DNA from: an uncultured Clostridium sp.
Lineage (GTDB): Bacteria; Bacillota; Clostridia; TANB77; CAG-508
Direction: 5' to 3'
Assembly (NCBI GenBank): GCA_947573555.1
Contig: CANPFO010000001.1
Span: 11,264 to 75,263, forward strand
Length of the DNA: 64,000 bases
In this document: positions 20,819 through 31,047 of the stretch, piece by piece
Layout of the letters: each line of letters starts with the position of its first letter
Numbering within the stretch: the stretch's first letter is position 1
Translations under genes and position numbers: made by a program
Notes under the pieces: model-generated
Told to the model about the DNA's origin: nothing
The model's database searches: none
Seen by the model: only the letters and a program-made list of their open reading frames with translations

Positions 20819-21709
20819 TTAATGTTTGCAAAACTTATATTTATCATTTTCTTTTAGTTCATTATATATTTTGCAAAATCTTTCATATCTTGACTCTTCT
20901 ATTTTTCCTTGCTGTAGCGCTTCTTTTACACCACAATTATCTTCTTTTATATGTGTACATCCTACGTATTCACAGTTTTTAACTATATGTTTAAATTCTC
21001 TAAAATATTTATCTAACTCTCTGTATTCTATTTCTGATATATCAAATGTAGAAAATCCAGGGGTATCTGCTATATATGTATTCTCATCTATTTGATATAA
21101 TTTTGTTGATGTTGTTGTATTTTTTCCTTTCTTATTTCTTGTACTTATTTCTCCTTCTTGAGTTACATCCTTCTGAAATATTGCATTTATTAATGTAGAT
21201 TTTCCAACTCCAGAGTTCCCAGAAAATACATTTATATTTCCATATAAAATATTATTTAACTCTTCAATTCCTTTTTCTTCTTTTGCTACTGTTTCTATTA
21301 CTCTATATCCTATTTTTTCATATATACTTTTTATTTTCTCAAATTCTTTATTTTTATCTAGATCTATTTTATTTAATATTATTACTGGATTTATTTTTAA
21401 GTATTCTGAAAATGCTAATTGTTTGTCTAATAGCAATAAATCTGGTTTTGGATTTTTACTTGATACTACTAGTAATATTTGATTTATATTACTCATCTTA
21501 GGTCTTTTTATATATGTTTTTCTTTGTAATATTTTTTCTATAACTGCTTTCTTATTTTTTTCATCTATAATTTCTATCTCAACATTGTCCCCTACTACTG
21601 GCGATATTTCTTCTTGTTTTAGTTTTCCTCGTGCATTTGCCTCATAAATTTCTTCTTGTACTTTTATTTTATATAAATTTGATATATTCTCTATTATTAA
21701 CCCTTGCAT
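20819..21709 (-). CDS. rsgA: Ribosome small-subunit-dependent GTPase A (RsgA/EngC/CpgA)
   Basis: Circularly permuted GTPase motifs (NKIDL, GNSGVGKSTLIN) and a C-terminal CxGC..H..C zinc finger. Confidence 0.85.
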   Translation of the reverse strand: MQGLIIENISNLYKIKVQEEIYEANARGKLKQEEISPVVGDNVEIEIIDEKNKKAVIEKILQRKTYIKRPKMSNINQILLVVSSKNPKPDLLLLDKQLAFSEYLKINPVIILNKIDLDKNKEFEKIKSIYEKIGYRVIETVAKEEKGIEELNNILYGNINVFSGNSGVGKSTLINAIFQKDVTQEGEISTRNKKGKNTTTSTKLYQIDENTYIADTPGFSTFDISEIEYRELDKYFREFKHIVKNCEYVGCTHIKEDNCGVKEALQQGKIEESRYERFCKIYNELKENDKYKFCKH

Positions 21710-21872
21710 TATTCCTCCATTTTTATATAATTATAACATTATATAATGTTCATTTCAATTATTTTTAGTTATTTTTGGGGTTACTCTATCGGGGTTACTA
21801 TTTGTTACTGATTCTATCTTATATTATAAGTTCAACCAGCAAAGAGCGGTATTTTAATATATATTACTAATG

Positions 21873-21915
21873 GAAAAAGTCTGGAAATATATTATTCTAT
21901 TTCCAGACTTTTGTT
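21873..21915. terminator. Bidirectional terminator (aaaaagtctggaaata...tatttccagactttt)
   Basis: 11-bp perfect stem with A/T flanks. Confidence 0.5.
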
Positions 21916-22209
21916 GAAACTTTGTTCCAACACCCCTTTTGCAAAGCTTGTGGCCTTACAGCCCTCCATCCTAGTCAAAATTTCTTTTAACTCCTATTTC
22001 TTTTTTCCTTAATGACAAATTTCTTGAATGTTTTTATATTATATCATATTTAAGAACAAATAGCAATGATTCGTTCTATTTTTATGTTAATCAGATGTTG
22101 TTTGCTAATGTGTCAACCTAATTTATAATATATATTAAAATAAAGAACCTTACTTAAATTTCAAGTAAAGTTCCTATTTATAATTGTAGATGCAACTTCT
22201 ACTTATAAA

Positions 22210-24174
22210 TTAATTGCTCTTTTCTACTACATAAGATGTTGTAGTACTATATGTTATTGAATTTTGATTTTTCAATATTCCATCAATATATACTTTTACA
22301 GTAGTTGTTCCTGTTCCTCTTGCATTTCCAACTGCAATAGCTGTTTCTGAAGCTTTTACCTTTTGTGAATATATTGTATCTTCTCCAACAACTACTTTTA
22401 GTTCAACATCTTTTACTTGTTCTATCTCTTCTCCATTTTCATCCTTAACTGTTTCTGTTATTTTTCCATCTAATAAAGATTTAACATTTACAGTTATTGG
22501 AACAGTTTTTATTTCTGCTAATTTATTTACTGTAATAGTTACTGTTGTTCCTTCATCTATAACAGAACCAACATCTATACTCTGTTTTAAAACAACTCCA
22601 TTATCTTTAGATTTATCTTCTGCAGAACCAACATTTACAACTAACTTCATATCTTCTAGTGCTTTTTTTGCATCTGCCTCTGTTTTTCCTGTAACATCTA
22701 TCATTGTAACTTGCTTTATTCCAGTTCCTATACTTACATGTATTTTAATAGTATCCCCTGCATTAACTTCTGTTTCTGGCTCTATCTCTTGAGTTATAAT
22801 GTATCCCTCTTCTACTTTTTTGCTTGTTTCTTCAATAACTTCAGTCTTTAATTTAGCATCTTTTAATGTTTGTATAGCTTCATCTTCCTTCATTCCTATT
22901 ACTTTTGGGACTATTGTCTTTTCTGTTCCTTTACTTATTACTACTTTTACTGTTGTCCCTTCTTTGACTTTATTATAGTTTTCAATATATTTTGGATCTT
23001 GGCTTATTACTAAATTTGCATTTACCTCTGAATTATATTCTTCTGATTGAATTTCAAATATTAATTTAGCTTCTTCTACTTTTGCTTGAGCCTCCTCCTT
23101 TGAAAGTCCAACTATATTTGGTACTTCTACATCTTTTGGTGTTGTAATATTTAATACTGCCATTGTTCCACCAAAAGCTAGTAAAAACAATAGCATCAAT
23201 CCTACAACAATACTTAAAGCTTTATGATTTTTTACAAAAGTAACAAATTTATTTTCTTTCTTAGCATTTCTATTATACTGATTTGTTGAAATTTTCTGTG
23301 TTTTTGCAGTTGCATCATAACTTACTTCTTCCACAAAATCTCCAGTTTGATTTTTTAATGATGTCCTTAAATCTTGTAATAATTCTGTACTTGTTTGATA
23401 TCTTAACATTGAATCTTTTTTTAATGATTTCAAAATTATTTTATTTACAGACTCTGGTATATTTTTATTTGCTTGTATTGGTGGTATTGGTTCTTCTTGC
23501 ATATGTTTTAATGCTACTGATACAGGTGTATCTGCATCAAAAGGAACTTTTCCTGTTACCATTTCATATAGTACAACACCTAAAGAATATAAATCTGATT
23601 TAGCATCTGTATATCCACCTCTTGCATGTTCTGGAGAAAAATAATGTACAGAACCAATAGTAGTTCCAAATGCTGTTATAGTTGAATTTGATACTGCTTT
23701 AGCAATTCCGAAATCAGTTACTTTTGCTATTCCATCTTCTGTTATTATAATATTATGTGGTTTTATATCTCTATGAACTATGTTATTTTTATGTGCCATT
23801 TCTAATGCTGATGCTATTTGAATTGCTATATTTACTGACCACTTCCATGGAAGTGGTCCCCTTTCTTCCATTATAATTTCTTTTAATGTTTTTCCTTGTA
23901 TTAGTTCCATTACTATATAATAAATTCCATTATCTACTCCAACATCAAATATTGAAACTATATTAGGATGAACTAATCTTGCTGCTGATTGTGCCTCTGT
24001 TTCAAATCTTCTTATAAATTCCTCATCAGTAGTAAATTCGTCTCTTAGAATTTTTACTGCAACATATCTTTTTAAAATTAAATCTGTTGCCTTATATACT
24101 GTTGCCATACCACCATTTCCTACTTTTTCAATAAGTTCATACCTATTTCCTAATACCCTACCTTCTAAATTCAT
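22210..24174 (-). CDS. prkC: Ser/Thr protein kinase PknB/PrkC with TM segment and PASTA repeats
   Basis: Hanks kinase motifs (VAVK, HRDIKPHN, DFGIA, SPE), a TM helix, and 3 PASTA-like repeats plus a C-terminal domain. Confidence 0.9.
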   Translation of the reverse strand: MNLEGRVLGNRYELIEKVGNGGMATVYKATDLILKRYVAVKILRDEFTTDEEFIRRFETEAQSAARLVHPNIVSIFDVGVDNGIYYIVMELIQGKTLKEIIMEERGPLPWKWSVNIAIQIASALEMAHKNNIVHRDIKPHNIIITEDGIAKVTDFGIAKAVSNSTITAFGTTIGSVHYFSPEHARGGYTDAKSDLYSLGVVLYEMVTGKVPFDADTPVSVALKHMQEEPIPPIQANKNIPESVNKIILKSLKKDSMLRYQTSTELLQDLRTSLKNQTGDFVEEVSYDATAKTQKISTNQYNRNAKKENKFVTFVKNHKALSIVVGLMLLFLLAFGGTMAVLNITTPKDVEVPNIVGLSKEEAQAKVEEAKLIFEIQSEEYNSEVNANLVISQDPKYIENYNKVKEGTTVKVVISKGTEKTIVPKVIGMKEDEAIQTLKDAKLKTEVIEETSKKVEEGYIITQEIEPETEVNAGDTIKIHVSIGTGIKQVTMIDVTGKTEADAKKALEDMKLVVNVGSAEDKSKDNGVVLKQSIDVGSVIDEGTTVTITVNKLAEIKTVPITVNVKSLLDGKITETVKDENGEEIEQVKDVELKVVVGEDTIYSQKVKASETAIAVGNARGTGTTTVKVYIDGILKNQNSITYSTTTSYVVEKSN

Positions 24175-24188
24175 ATTACTCTCTTCCT

Positions 24189-24923
24189 TTATATATTTTT
24201 TATAATGACAGCAGTTATGTTGTCATATCCTCCTCTATCATTAGCAAGCTCTACTAAATCTTTAGTTGCTTGCTCTATGTTTTTACTTGCCATCTCATAA
24301 ATAGTCTCTTGGTCTACTAAATTTGATAATCCATCTGTACACATAATCAAAATATCATCCTTTAAAAATCCCTTAACCATTACATCTGGTTCTACAAAAG
24401 CATTACATCCTAATGCTTTCATTAACATATTTTTTTGAGGATGATGTACAGCTTGCTCTTTAGTAATTGTACCTTCTTTTACTAATTTTTGAACATAACT
24501 ATGGTCTTGTGTTAATTTTCTTATAAATTGTTTTCTTATTCTATATATTCTACTATCTCCAACATGACCTATATACACTTTATTATTATATATTAAACAT
24601 ATTTCTAAAGTAGTACCCATTCCTTGTAATTCTGAATTTTCTTTTGACTTTTCGTATATTACCATATTAGCATATTCCATACTGCTTCCTAATAGCTGAA
24701 TTATACTATCTCTATCTTTTTCAATATCTTTAAAATTATTTTCTATATAATTTTTGGCTGTCTGAACTGCTAAACTACTTGCAATTTCTCCTCCATTATA
24801 TCCGCCCATTCCATCTGCTACTATATATAATTGAACTTCATCTAATGATGTAGATATATAATAGTAGTCTTGATTCATCTCTCTAACTTTTCCTTTATCT
24901 GATTTTGCATAAGCTTTTATCAT
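24189..24923 (-). CDS. prpC: PP2C-family Ser/Thr phosphatase (Stp/PrpC)
   Basis: GMGG, DGMGG-type metal-binding motifs and TDGLSN, placed upstream of the kinase as in B. subtilis. Confidence 0.9.
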   Translation of the reverse strand: MIKAYAKSDKGKVREMNQDYYYISTSLDEVQLYIVADGMGGYNGGEIASSLAVQTAKNYIENNFKDIEKDRDSIIQLLGSSMEYANMVIYEKSKENSELQGMGTTLEICLIYNNKVYIGHVGDSRIYRIRKQFIRKLTQDHSYVQKLVKEGTITKEQAVHHPQKNMLMKALGCNAFVEPDVMVKGFLKDDILIMCTDGLSNLVDQETIYEMASKNIEQATKDLVELANDRGGYDNITAVIIKNI

Positions 24924-25025
24924 TTCTTCACCTCAGTTCATTAAGTTGCTTATCTTCATTTTATTTTATATCATATGTTATAGTTTTTTGCAATAATTTT
25001 TATAACAAATTTACTATTTAGATTA

Positions 25026-25065
25026 AGTCAAAGACCTATGGTAGACCCCAGATATGTTTTTGACT
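25026..25065. repeat. Inverted copy (~38/42 identity) of the 19620-19660 loop element
   Basis: agtcaaagacctatggtagaccccagatatgtttttgact is the reverse complement of agtcaaaaacatatctagggtctaccattgggtctttgact apart from 4 differences. Confidence 0.6.
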
Positions 25066-25380
25066 AAATATTACCAAAAAGTACTTTACAATATGTTGAT
25101 TTTTTATTATAATTAAATTAAGAACTTATAAAAAAACAATCATAAAGGAGAAACATTTATGCTCAAATTTCTTATTTTTATTTGGTCAGTTTATGAGCTT
25201 GTTCTTGGCTACCCGCCTCATTACATAGTTGCAATTTTTATATCATTTGTGATTATGATTCTCAAATTTGCTATTTATTACACAATAGAAGAGGACTGCC
25301 AAAATGATTGTAAAGGTAATAGAGCTTCACTATGAAGCTCTATTAATTACTTATACAAAATTTTAAGGAGGAATTTATAT

Positions 25381-26103
25381 ATGTCAACACCACATAACGA
25401 AGCAACTAAAGGAGATATTGCAAAAACAGTAATAATGCCAGGAGATCCTTTAAGAGCAAAATATATTGCAGAAAACTTTTTAGAAAACTATAAACTTGTA
25501 AACAGTGTCAGAGGAATGTATGCGTATACTGGAACTTATAAAGGAAAAGAATTAACAATTATGGCACATGGTATGGGAATGCCTAGTGTTGGAATTTACA
25601 GTTATGAGCTATACAAATTTTATGACGTAGAAAATATTATACGAATAGGTTCTTGTGGAGGATATTTACCAGAACTTAAACTATTTGATATTATACTAAG
25701 TGAACAAGTCTTTTCAGAAAGCAACTATGCACTAACTTTAAATAATGATAATTGTCATATAATTGAATCTAGTAAAGAACTAAATTCAATCATTAAAGAA
25801 ACATCCGAAGAACTAGATATTAATATAACAACTGGAAATACAGTTTGTACTGATTGTTTTGATGTTTATATGACTGATGTAAATAAATTTTTAGAAAGAA
25901 TACCTAATAAATTTAATCCTATATCTGCTGAAATGGAAGCTTTTGCTCTATTTTATAATGCTAAATTATTAAATAAAAAAGCTGCTTGTTTAATGAGCGT
26001 TGTTGACTCAAAGTTTATTACTGATATTGCTACTGCTGAGCAAAGACAATCTGGTTTAAATAATATGATAAAACTTGCTTTAGAATCTGCTTTAAAGATT
26101 TAA
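25381..26103 (+). CDS. deoD: Purine nucleoside phosphorylase, DeoD-type
   Basis: MSTPHNEATKGDIAKTVIMPGDPLRAKYIAE, GMGMPS and SAEMEA motifs. Confidence 0.85.
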   Translation: MSTPHNEATKGDIAKTVIMPGDPLRAKYIAENFLENYKLVNSVRGMYAYTGTYKGKELTIMAHGMGMPSVGIYSYELYKFYDVENIIRIGSCGGYLPELKLFDIILSEQVFSESNYALTLNNDNCHIIESSKELNSIIKETSEELDINITTGNTVCTDCFDVYMTDVNKFLERIPNKFNPISAEMEAFALFYNAKLLNKKAACLMSVVDSKFITDIATAEQRQSGLNNMIKLALESALKI

Positions 26104-26138
26104 CTTTCTTAAGATTATAAATCTCAAGCATCATTTAT

Positions 26139-26172
26139 AAAAAAGGATTCCAACACTTGGAATCCTTTTTTA
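26139..26172. terminator. Bidirectional terminator between deoD and greA
   Basis: aaaaaaggattccaacacttggaatcctttttt. Confidence 0.6.
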
Positions 26173-26178
26173 TAAACT

Positions 26179-26655
26179 CTATTTCTTTATATCTAATATT
26201 TTGTATTGCATTACACCAACTGGTGCAACTACATCTACAGTTTGGTTTTTCTTAGCTCCTAAAAGAGCTTTTCCTAATGGTGACTCATTTGAAATTTTGT
26301 TTTCAGCTAAATTAACTTCTGTTGAACCTACTATTGTATATTCAATCTCTTCATTAAATTCAATATCTAATACTTTTACAACATTTCCAACTTGAACCAC
26401 ATCTGTATCAATTTCTTTTTCATCTATTATTTTTGCATGTCTTAGTTTATTCTCTAATTCTGCAATTCTAACTTCATTTTCTGCTTGAGCTGTTTTAGCT
26501 TCATCATACTCAGAATTTTCTGATAAATCACCAAACCCTAAAGCAACCTTTATTCTCTCAGCAATTTCTGCCCTTTTTTCTGTTTTTAAATGATTTAACT
26601 CTTTATCTAAATTATCATATCCTTCTTGTGTAAGGATTACTTCTTTTTCTTCCAT
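26179..26655 (-). CDS. greA: Transcription elongation factor GreA
   Basis: 158 aa with a coiled-coil N-terminus and an FKBP-like C-terminus (SPLGKALLG). Confidence 0.9.
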   Translation of the reverse strand: MEEKEVILTQEGYDNLDKELNHLKTEKRAEIAERIKVALGFGDLSENSEYDEAKTAQAENEVRIAELENKLRHAKIIDEKEIDTDVVQVGNVVKVLDIEFNEEIEYTIVGSTEVNLAENKISNESPLGKALLGAKKNQTVDVVAPVGVMQYKILDIKK

Positions 26656-26738
26656 ATTACAACCTCCTATTGTAAAACTTATATTATATTAAGCTAGTTT
26701 TTCAAATTTGTCAAGTTTTTTTACAATAATAATAAATT

Positions 26739-27368
26739 TTAGTCTTTTAACAAATCTTTTCCACCTTTTAAATAATCATATCCAGAAAAAACAGTTGCAA
26801 TTGCTTGTATTATCATCATTAAAGTAACAACCAAGTTTAAAATAAATGCAAATCCAGATAAATTTCCTTTAAAACACTCTCCAAATACATTGACATCTAT
26901 AAACGCTAATATTATCGCAATCATCTGAGTAACAGTCTTCAATTTTCCCCAATAAGATGCTGCAATTACATTTCCACCTTTTTCTACTGCTATCAATCTG
27001 TATCCAGAAACCACAAATTCTCTAGTTAATACTATAATAGGTATCCAAGCTGGTAATTTCCCCATTTCAACTAACATAACCATAGCTGTTAATACTAATA
27101 TTTTATCAGCCAAAGGGTCTAAAAATTTTCCAAAAGTTGTTACTTGATTTCTACTTCTTGCGATATAACCATCTAATTTATCTGTTATTGATGCTACTAT
27201 AAATATTATATCCATAATTATATACATTAAAGGAATTCCTAAAAAACTTACATTTATCTTAAAAAAAGAAACAATTACCATTATAGGTACAAGTATAATT
27301 CTAAATATTGTTAATTTATTTGCTAAATTCATATTCCATTTCCTTTCATTACGCATTACTATGTTCAA
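26739..27368 (-). CDS. pgsA: CDP-diacylglycerol--glycerol-3-phosphate 3-phosphatidyltransferase
   Basis: CDP-alcohol phosphatidyltransferase motif DKLDGYIAR...GKFLDPLADK. Confidence 0.8.
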   Translation of the reverse strand: MNIVMRNERKWNMNLANKLTIFRIILVPIMVIVSFFKINVSFLGIPLMYIIMDIIFIVASITDKLDGYIARSRNQVTTFGKFLDPLADKILVLTAMVMLVEMGKLPAWIPIIVLTREFVVSGYRLIAVEKGGNVIAASYWGKLKTVTQMIAIILAFIDVNVFGECFKGNLSGFAFILNLVVTLMMIIQAIATVFSGYDYLKGGKDLLKD

Positions 27369-27371
27369 ATT

Positions 27372-28556
27372 CTATTTCAACATTTCTATTGCTTTTTGTA
27401 ATTGAGTGTCTACATTATTTTCAGTATCTAATTTAACTTCTACATCTGGCTCTATTCCAACTTTATTAATCTTATTTTTATTAGGTGTTTGATATTCTTC
27501 AATTGTAATCTTTAAACCACTTCCATCTGTAAGTGATAAAATTTGTTGAATTACACCTTTACCATAAGTTTTACTTCCAACTGTTTTAGCTTTTCCTAAA
27601 TCTTTTAATGCTCCAGCTAAAATTTCAGACGCACTTGCAGTATTTTCATTAGTTAATATAATTATTGGCATATTTATTATTGGACTTTTTGTAGATTTTT
27701 TTACAGTTTCATTTCCATTTTTATCAACTTCATATAATAAAACCGAATCTTTATCTGTAACATAATCTGCAATATCCAAAGCTTCATCTACAATCCCTCC
27801 ACCATTGTCTCTTAAATCTATTATTAATGCTTTAATATTTTGCTTTTCTAATTCTTCGAATTTATTTTTAAAATCTTCTGCAGTTGTTTCGTCAAATGAT
27901 GTAAATTGTATATATCCTATATTATCAGAAACTACTTTTCCTTCTACTTGATTTACTTTCACTCTCTCCCTTATTACATCAAATTTTAAACTCTTATTTC
28001 CTCTTAATATTTCTATTGTTACATTTTTACCTTCTTCACCTTTTATACTATTTGAAGCTTCTGTCATCTGTTCCCCTGAGTAATTTACTCCATCAACTGT
28101 TAATATTAAATCACCTGCTTGTATGCCTACTTTTTCAGCAGGTCCTCCTTTTATTGTTGACAACACCTGTATTCTATTATATTCAGTGTTTTTTATCATA
28201 TATATTCCAATTCCAACAAAATTTCCCTTTGTATCTTCTAAATAATCTTGCATATCTTCTTTTGATATATATTCTGTATATGGATCACCTAAGCCAGATA
28301 TATAACCTTTTATAGCTCCCTCTAACAATAGATTTTCATCTATTTCACCTAGATAATATTTATCAATTATCTTTCTATATGATTCTAATACTTGTGCCAT
28401 TTCTTTAGTATTATATTTTTCAGACTCTTTTGAAGAAACATCATTATTTACAAAATATGTATATAATGATATAGATGTAATTATAAATGTTGTAAATACA
28501 GATATTACAATCATCATTACTATTTTATATATTCTTTCCTTTTTCTCTTTTTCCAT
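27372..28556 (-). CDS. ctpA: C-terminal processing peptidase (S41) with PDZ domain
   Basis: TM anchor, PDZ domain (GIQAGDLILTVDG) and S41 catalytic region (IILTNENTASASE, KTYGKG). Confidence 0.85.
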   Translation of the reverse strand: MEKEKKERIYKIVMMIVISVFTTFIITSISLYTYFVNNDVSSKESEKYNTKEMAQVLESYRKIIDKYYLGEIDENLLLEGAIKGYISGLGDPYTEYISKEDMQDYLEDTKGNFVGIGIYMIKNTEYNRIQVLSTIKGGPAEKVGIQAGDLILTVDGVNYSGEQMTEASNSIKGEEGKNVTIEILRGNKSLKFDVIRERVKVNQVEGKVVSDNIGYIQFTSFDETTAEDFKNKFEELEKQNIKALIIDLRDNGGGIVDEALDIADYVTDKDSVLLYEVDKNGNETVKKSTKSPIINMPIIILTNENTASASEILAGALKDLGKAKTVGSKTYGKGVIQQILSLTDGSGLKITIEEYQTPNKNKINKVGIEPDVEVKLDTENNVDTQLQKAIEMLK

Positions 28557-28642
28557 TATTTACCACTGTCCTTCCATAAAAATAGGGCATTTTGATTATA
28601 TAAAATTTTTAATCATGCCCTTTATTAGTATATGATTCAAAA

Positions 28643-29896
28643 TTACATATATGCAGATGGATTTATTCTTGAATCTTGTCCATATGCTGTTGCATATCCA
28701 TTATAATTATATGGTGCTTTTCTAACCTCAAAATGCAAATGTGGACCTTTTGAATTTCCTGTATTTCCACTAGACATAATTTTTTGACCTTTTTTTACTG
28801 TTTCCCCTGGATTTACACATATTGACCCACGCGTTCCATGTCCATAATATGATTGTAATCCATTTACATGTCTTATTACTACATAAGTTCCATAACTAGT
28901 TGATAAATTTGCTGTTGACATTACTACACCTTCTGCTGCTGCATATACTGGTGTTCCCGAAGAAACAGCATAATCAATAGCTCCATGAAATTTTCCACTT
29001 GAAGGATAATATCCATCTGCTGATATATAACCTCCACTTACAGGTCTCATAAAAAATCCTGAACCTACTGGAGTAGATGGTTTATTATTTAATTCTTCCA
29101 ATTCTTTTTTATATTTTTCCTCTGCTATTTTTATTTCATTTGCTATTTTAGCATTAGCCTGTTTTAATTCTTGAATTTCTTTTTCTAATTCTTTTTCTTC
29201 TTCAGACAATTCTGCAACATATTTATTTTTCTCTGACTTCTTGTTTCTTAACTCATTATTTATAGTCTCTTTACCTGCTTTTGCAACTTTTAATTTTTCT
29301 TTACTTTCTTCTATCTGTTTTTTTGATTCTTCTATTTCTCTTTTTTGCTCTTCCAATTTCTTTAATAATTCAGTATCCATTTCTGCAATTTCTGATACTA
29401 AATAATAATTAGAAATAAAATCAGTCAAGCTACTTGATGTTAGTAAAAAATCTAAATATGATGTTTCCCCTGCTTCATATACAGCAACAAGTCTTTGTCT
29501 AAATGTTTCTTGTTTTTTGTCATATTCTTCTTGATTTTCTTCTAATTTTTTCTGTGCTTCTTCTATTTTTCTATTTGCATCAGATATTTGTGACTCTAAA
29601 TCACCTATTTGGCTTTCATAAGAATCTATTTGTGAGCTTAAACTTTGTACTTGCTTCATAGCTTCAGATTTTTTAGCTTCCAATTCTTTTTGTAACTCTT
29701 TTGCTTTATCTATTTGACCATTTATCTCTGATTGCTTATCTTTTTGCTCATCAATTTCCTTTTGTGTTATTGCTAATGATACATTCATACTTAAAGAAAA
29801 TATTGCTACTAATGTTATTACTACTATTTTTTTATACATTTTTTTCATATGTTCCTCCCTATTCTTCCTTATTTTCTTCTCCTGGAACCAAGCCAT
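28643..29896 (-). CDS. M23 (LytM) peptidase with long N-terminal coiled coil (EnvC-like)
   Basis: Coiled-coil N-terminus and the HxxxD/HxH M23 motifs (HGAIDYA, HLHFEV). Confidence 0.8.
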   Translation of the reverse strand: MAWFQEKKIRKNREEHMKKMYKKIVVITLVAIFSLSMNVSLAITQKEIDEQKDKQSEINGQIDKAKELQKELEAKKSEAMKQVQSLSSQIDSYESQIGDLESQISDANRKIEEAQKKLEENQEEYDKKQETFRQRLVAVYEAGETSYLDFLLTSSSLTDFISNYYLVSEIAEMDTELLKKLEEQKREIEESKKQIEESKEKLKVAKAGKETINNELRNKKSEKNKYVAELSEEEKELEKEIQELKQANAKIANEIKIAEEKYKKELEELNNKPSTPVGSGFFMRPVSGGYISADGYYPSSGKFHGAIDYAVSSGTPVYAAAEGVVMSTANLSTSYGTYVVIRHVNGLQSYYGHGTRGSICVNPGETVKKGQKIMSSGNTGNSKGPHLHFEVRKAPYNYNGYATAYGQDSRINPSAYM

Positions 29897-31037
29897 TTGT
29901 TATATATGGAAATGGATCTGTTGTTACTCCATTTATCCTAACTTCAAAATGTGCATGTGGACCTGTTGAATATCCTGTTGACCCTACCTTTAAAACTGCT
30001 TCCCCTCTTCTTACTACTTGTCCTACTTCCACTAATATTTGTGAACCATGTGCATATAAAGTTGTTATTCCTCCACCATGGTCAACTATAACCATATTTC
30101 CATAAGCCACATTCTCTCCAGCTTTTATAACTATTCCATCATTTGCAGCTATAAAATTTGCACCCTCTGGAGCTCCAATATCAATTCCAGTATGTAACTT
30201 ATATTGTCCTGTTATTGGATGGACTCTCATGGAATATTTTGATGTTATTCTTGTATATCCTGGAACTGGCCATGCTAATATTCCACCTATGTATTCTGAA
30301 GATAATTGATTCTGAGCTAATAATAAAATTTGCCTATTTACTTCTTCGTACTGTTTGTTTATTTCATCAATCTTCTCTTGTAATATTCTTTCTTCTTCAG
30401 AAAGTTTTTGCATAAAGTTTTCTCTCAACATTTTTGTATTTTGTAATGTCCTTGCTAATCTAGTCTGATTCTCTGCTATAATCGCTAATTCTTTCTTTTC
30501 ATTTTCTAATTTTTTTCTTCCTAATTCTATTTTATTTCTCTTTCCTTCTAGCTCATTTAATAAATTAGTATCAATTTCAGCTAATTCAGTTATTATATAA
30601 TAACTTGAAATAAAATCAGAAAGGCTTCTAGATTTTAGTAATATGTCCAAATATTGGGTTTCTCCAGCCTCATAAATCGCCACCATCCTTTTTTTGAACA
30701 ATTCCCTTTGCTTGTTATACTTCTCTGTTACTATATTTAATTCAGTTTCCACCTCATTAATGGTGTTCTTTATATTTGTAATCTTACTTTCCTGTTCTTC
30801 TAATTGAGTCTCTACTGAATTTATTTTTTCATCTAATTTTTCTATCTGTTGTAAATTTTCTGATAAATTGCTTTGTACTTCTTCTAACTCTCCATTTGCA
30901 TCATCTAATTGATTTTTTAATTCGTCTCTTTGCGATTGTAAATTATTTGTATTATTTTCTTCATTATTTTCCGCATATGTAAGTGTTGTAACAAAACAAA
31001 CTAGTAAGATTAAAACCACACATAAACTTTTACGCAT
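29859..31037 (-). CDS. Second coiled-coil M23 peptidase (EnvC-like paralog)
   Basis: HTGIDIGA, HAHFEV; same architecture as its neighbour. Confidence 0.8.
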   Translation of the reverse strand: MRKSLCVVLILLVCFVTTLTYAENNEENNTNNLQSQRDELKNQLDDANGELEEVQSNLSENLQQIEKLDEKINSVETQLEEQESKITNIKNTINEVETELNIVTEKYNKQRELFKKRMVAIYEAGETQYLDILLKSRSLSDFISSYYIITELAEIDTNLLNELEGKRNKIELGRKKLENEKKELAIIAENQTRLARTLQNTKMLRENFMQKLSEEERILQEKIDEINKQYEEVNRQILLLAQNQLSSEYIGGILAWPVPGYTRITSKYSMRVHPITGQYKLHTGIDIGAPEGANFIAANDGIVIKAGENVAYGNMVIVDHGGGITTLYAHGSQILVEVGQVVRRGEAVLKVGSTGYSTGPHAHFEVRINGVTTDPFPYITNGLVPGEENKEE

Positions 31038-31047
31038 GTTTTCTCCT

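Noticed and set aside
20755-20847. N-terminal 31-aa extension of rpe in the ORF track (overlapping rsgA)
   Set aside because: Rpe homology and a strong RBS begin at ATG 20754; the extension is an ORF-caller artefact. Similar artefactual 5' extensions were trimmed for the mob relaxase (9487), spoVAD (47399), tmcAL (55621), glgP (62199), infC (50205) and the RluA-family gene (5669).
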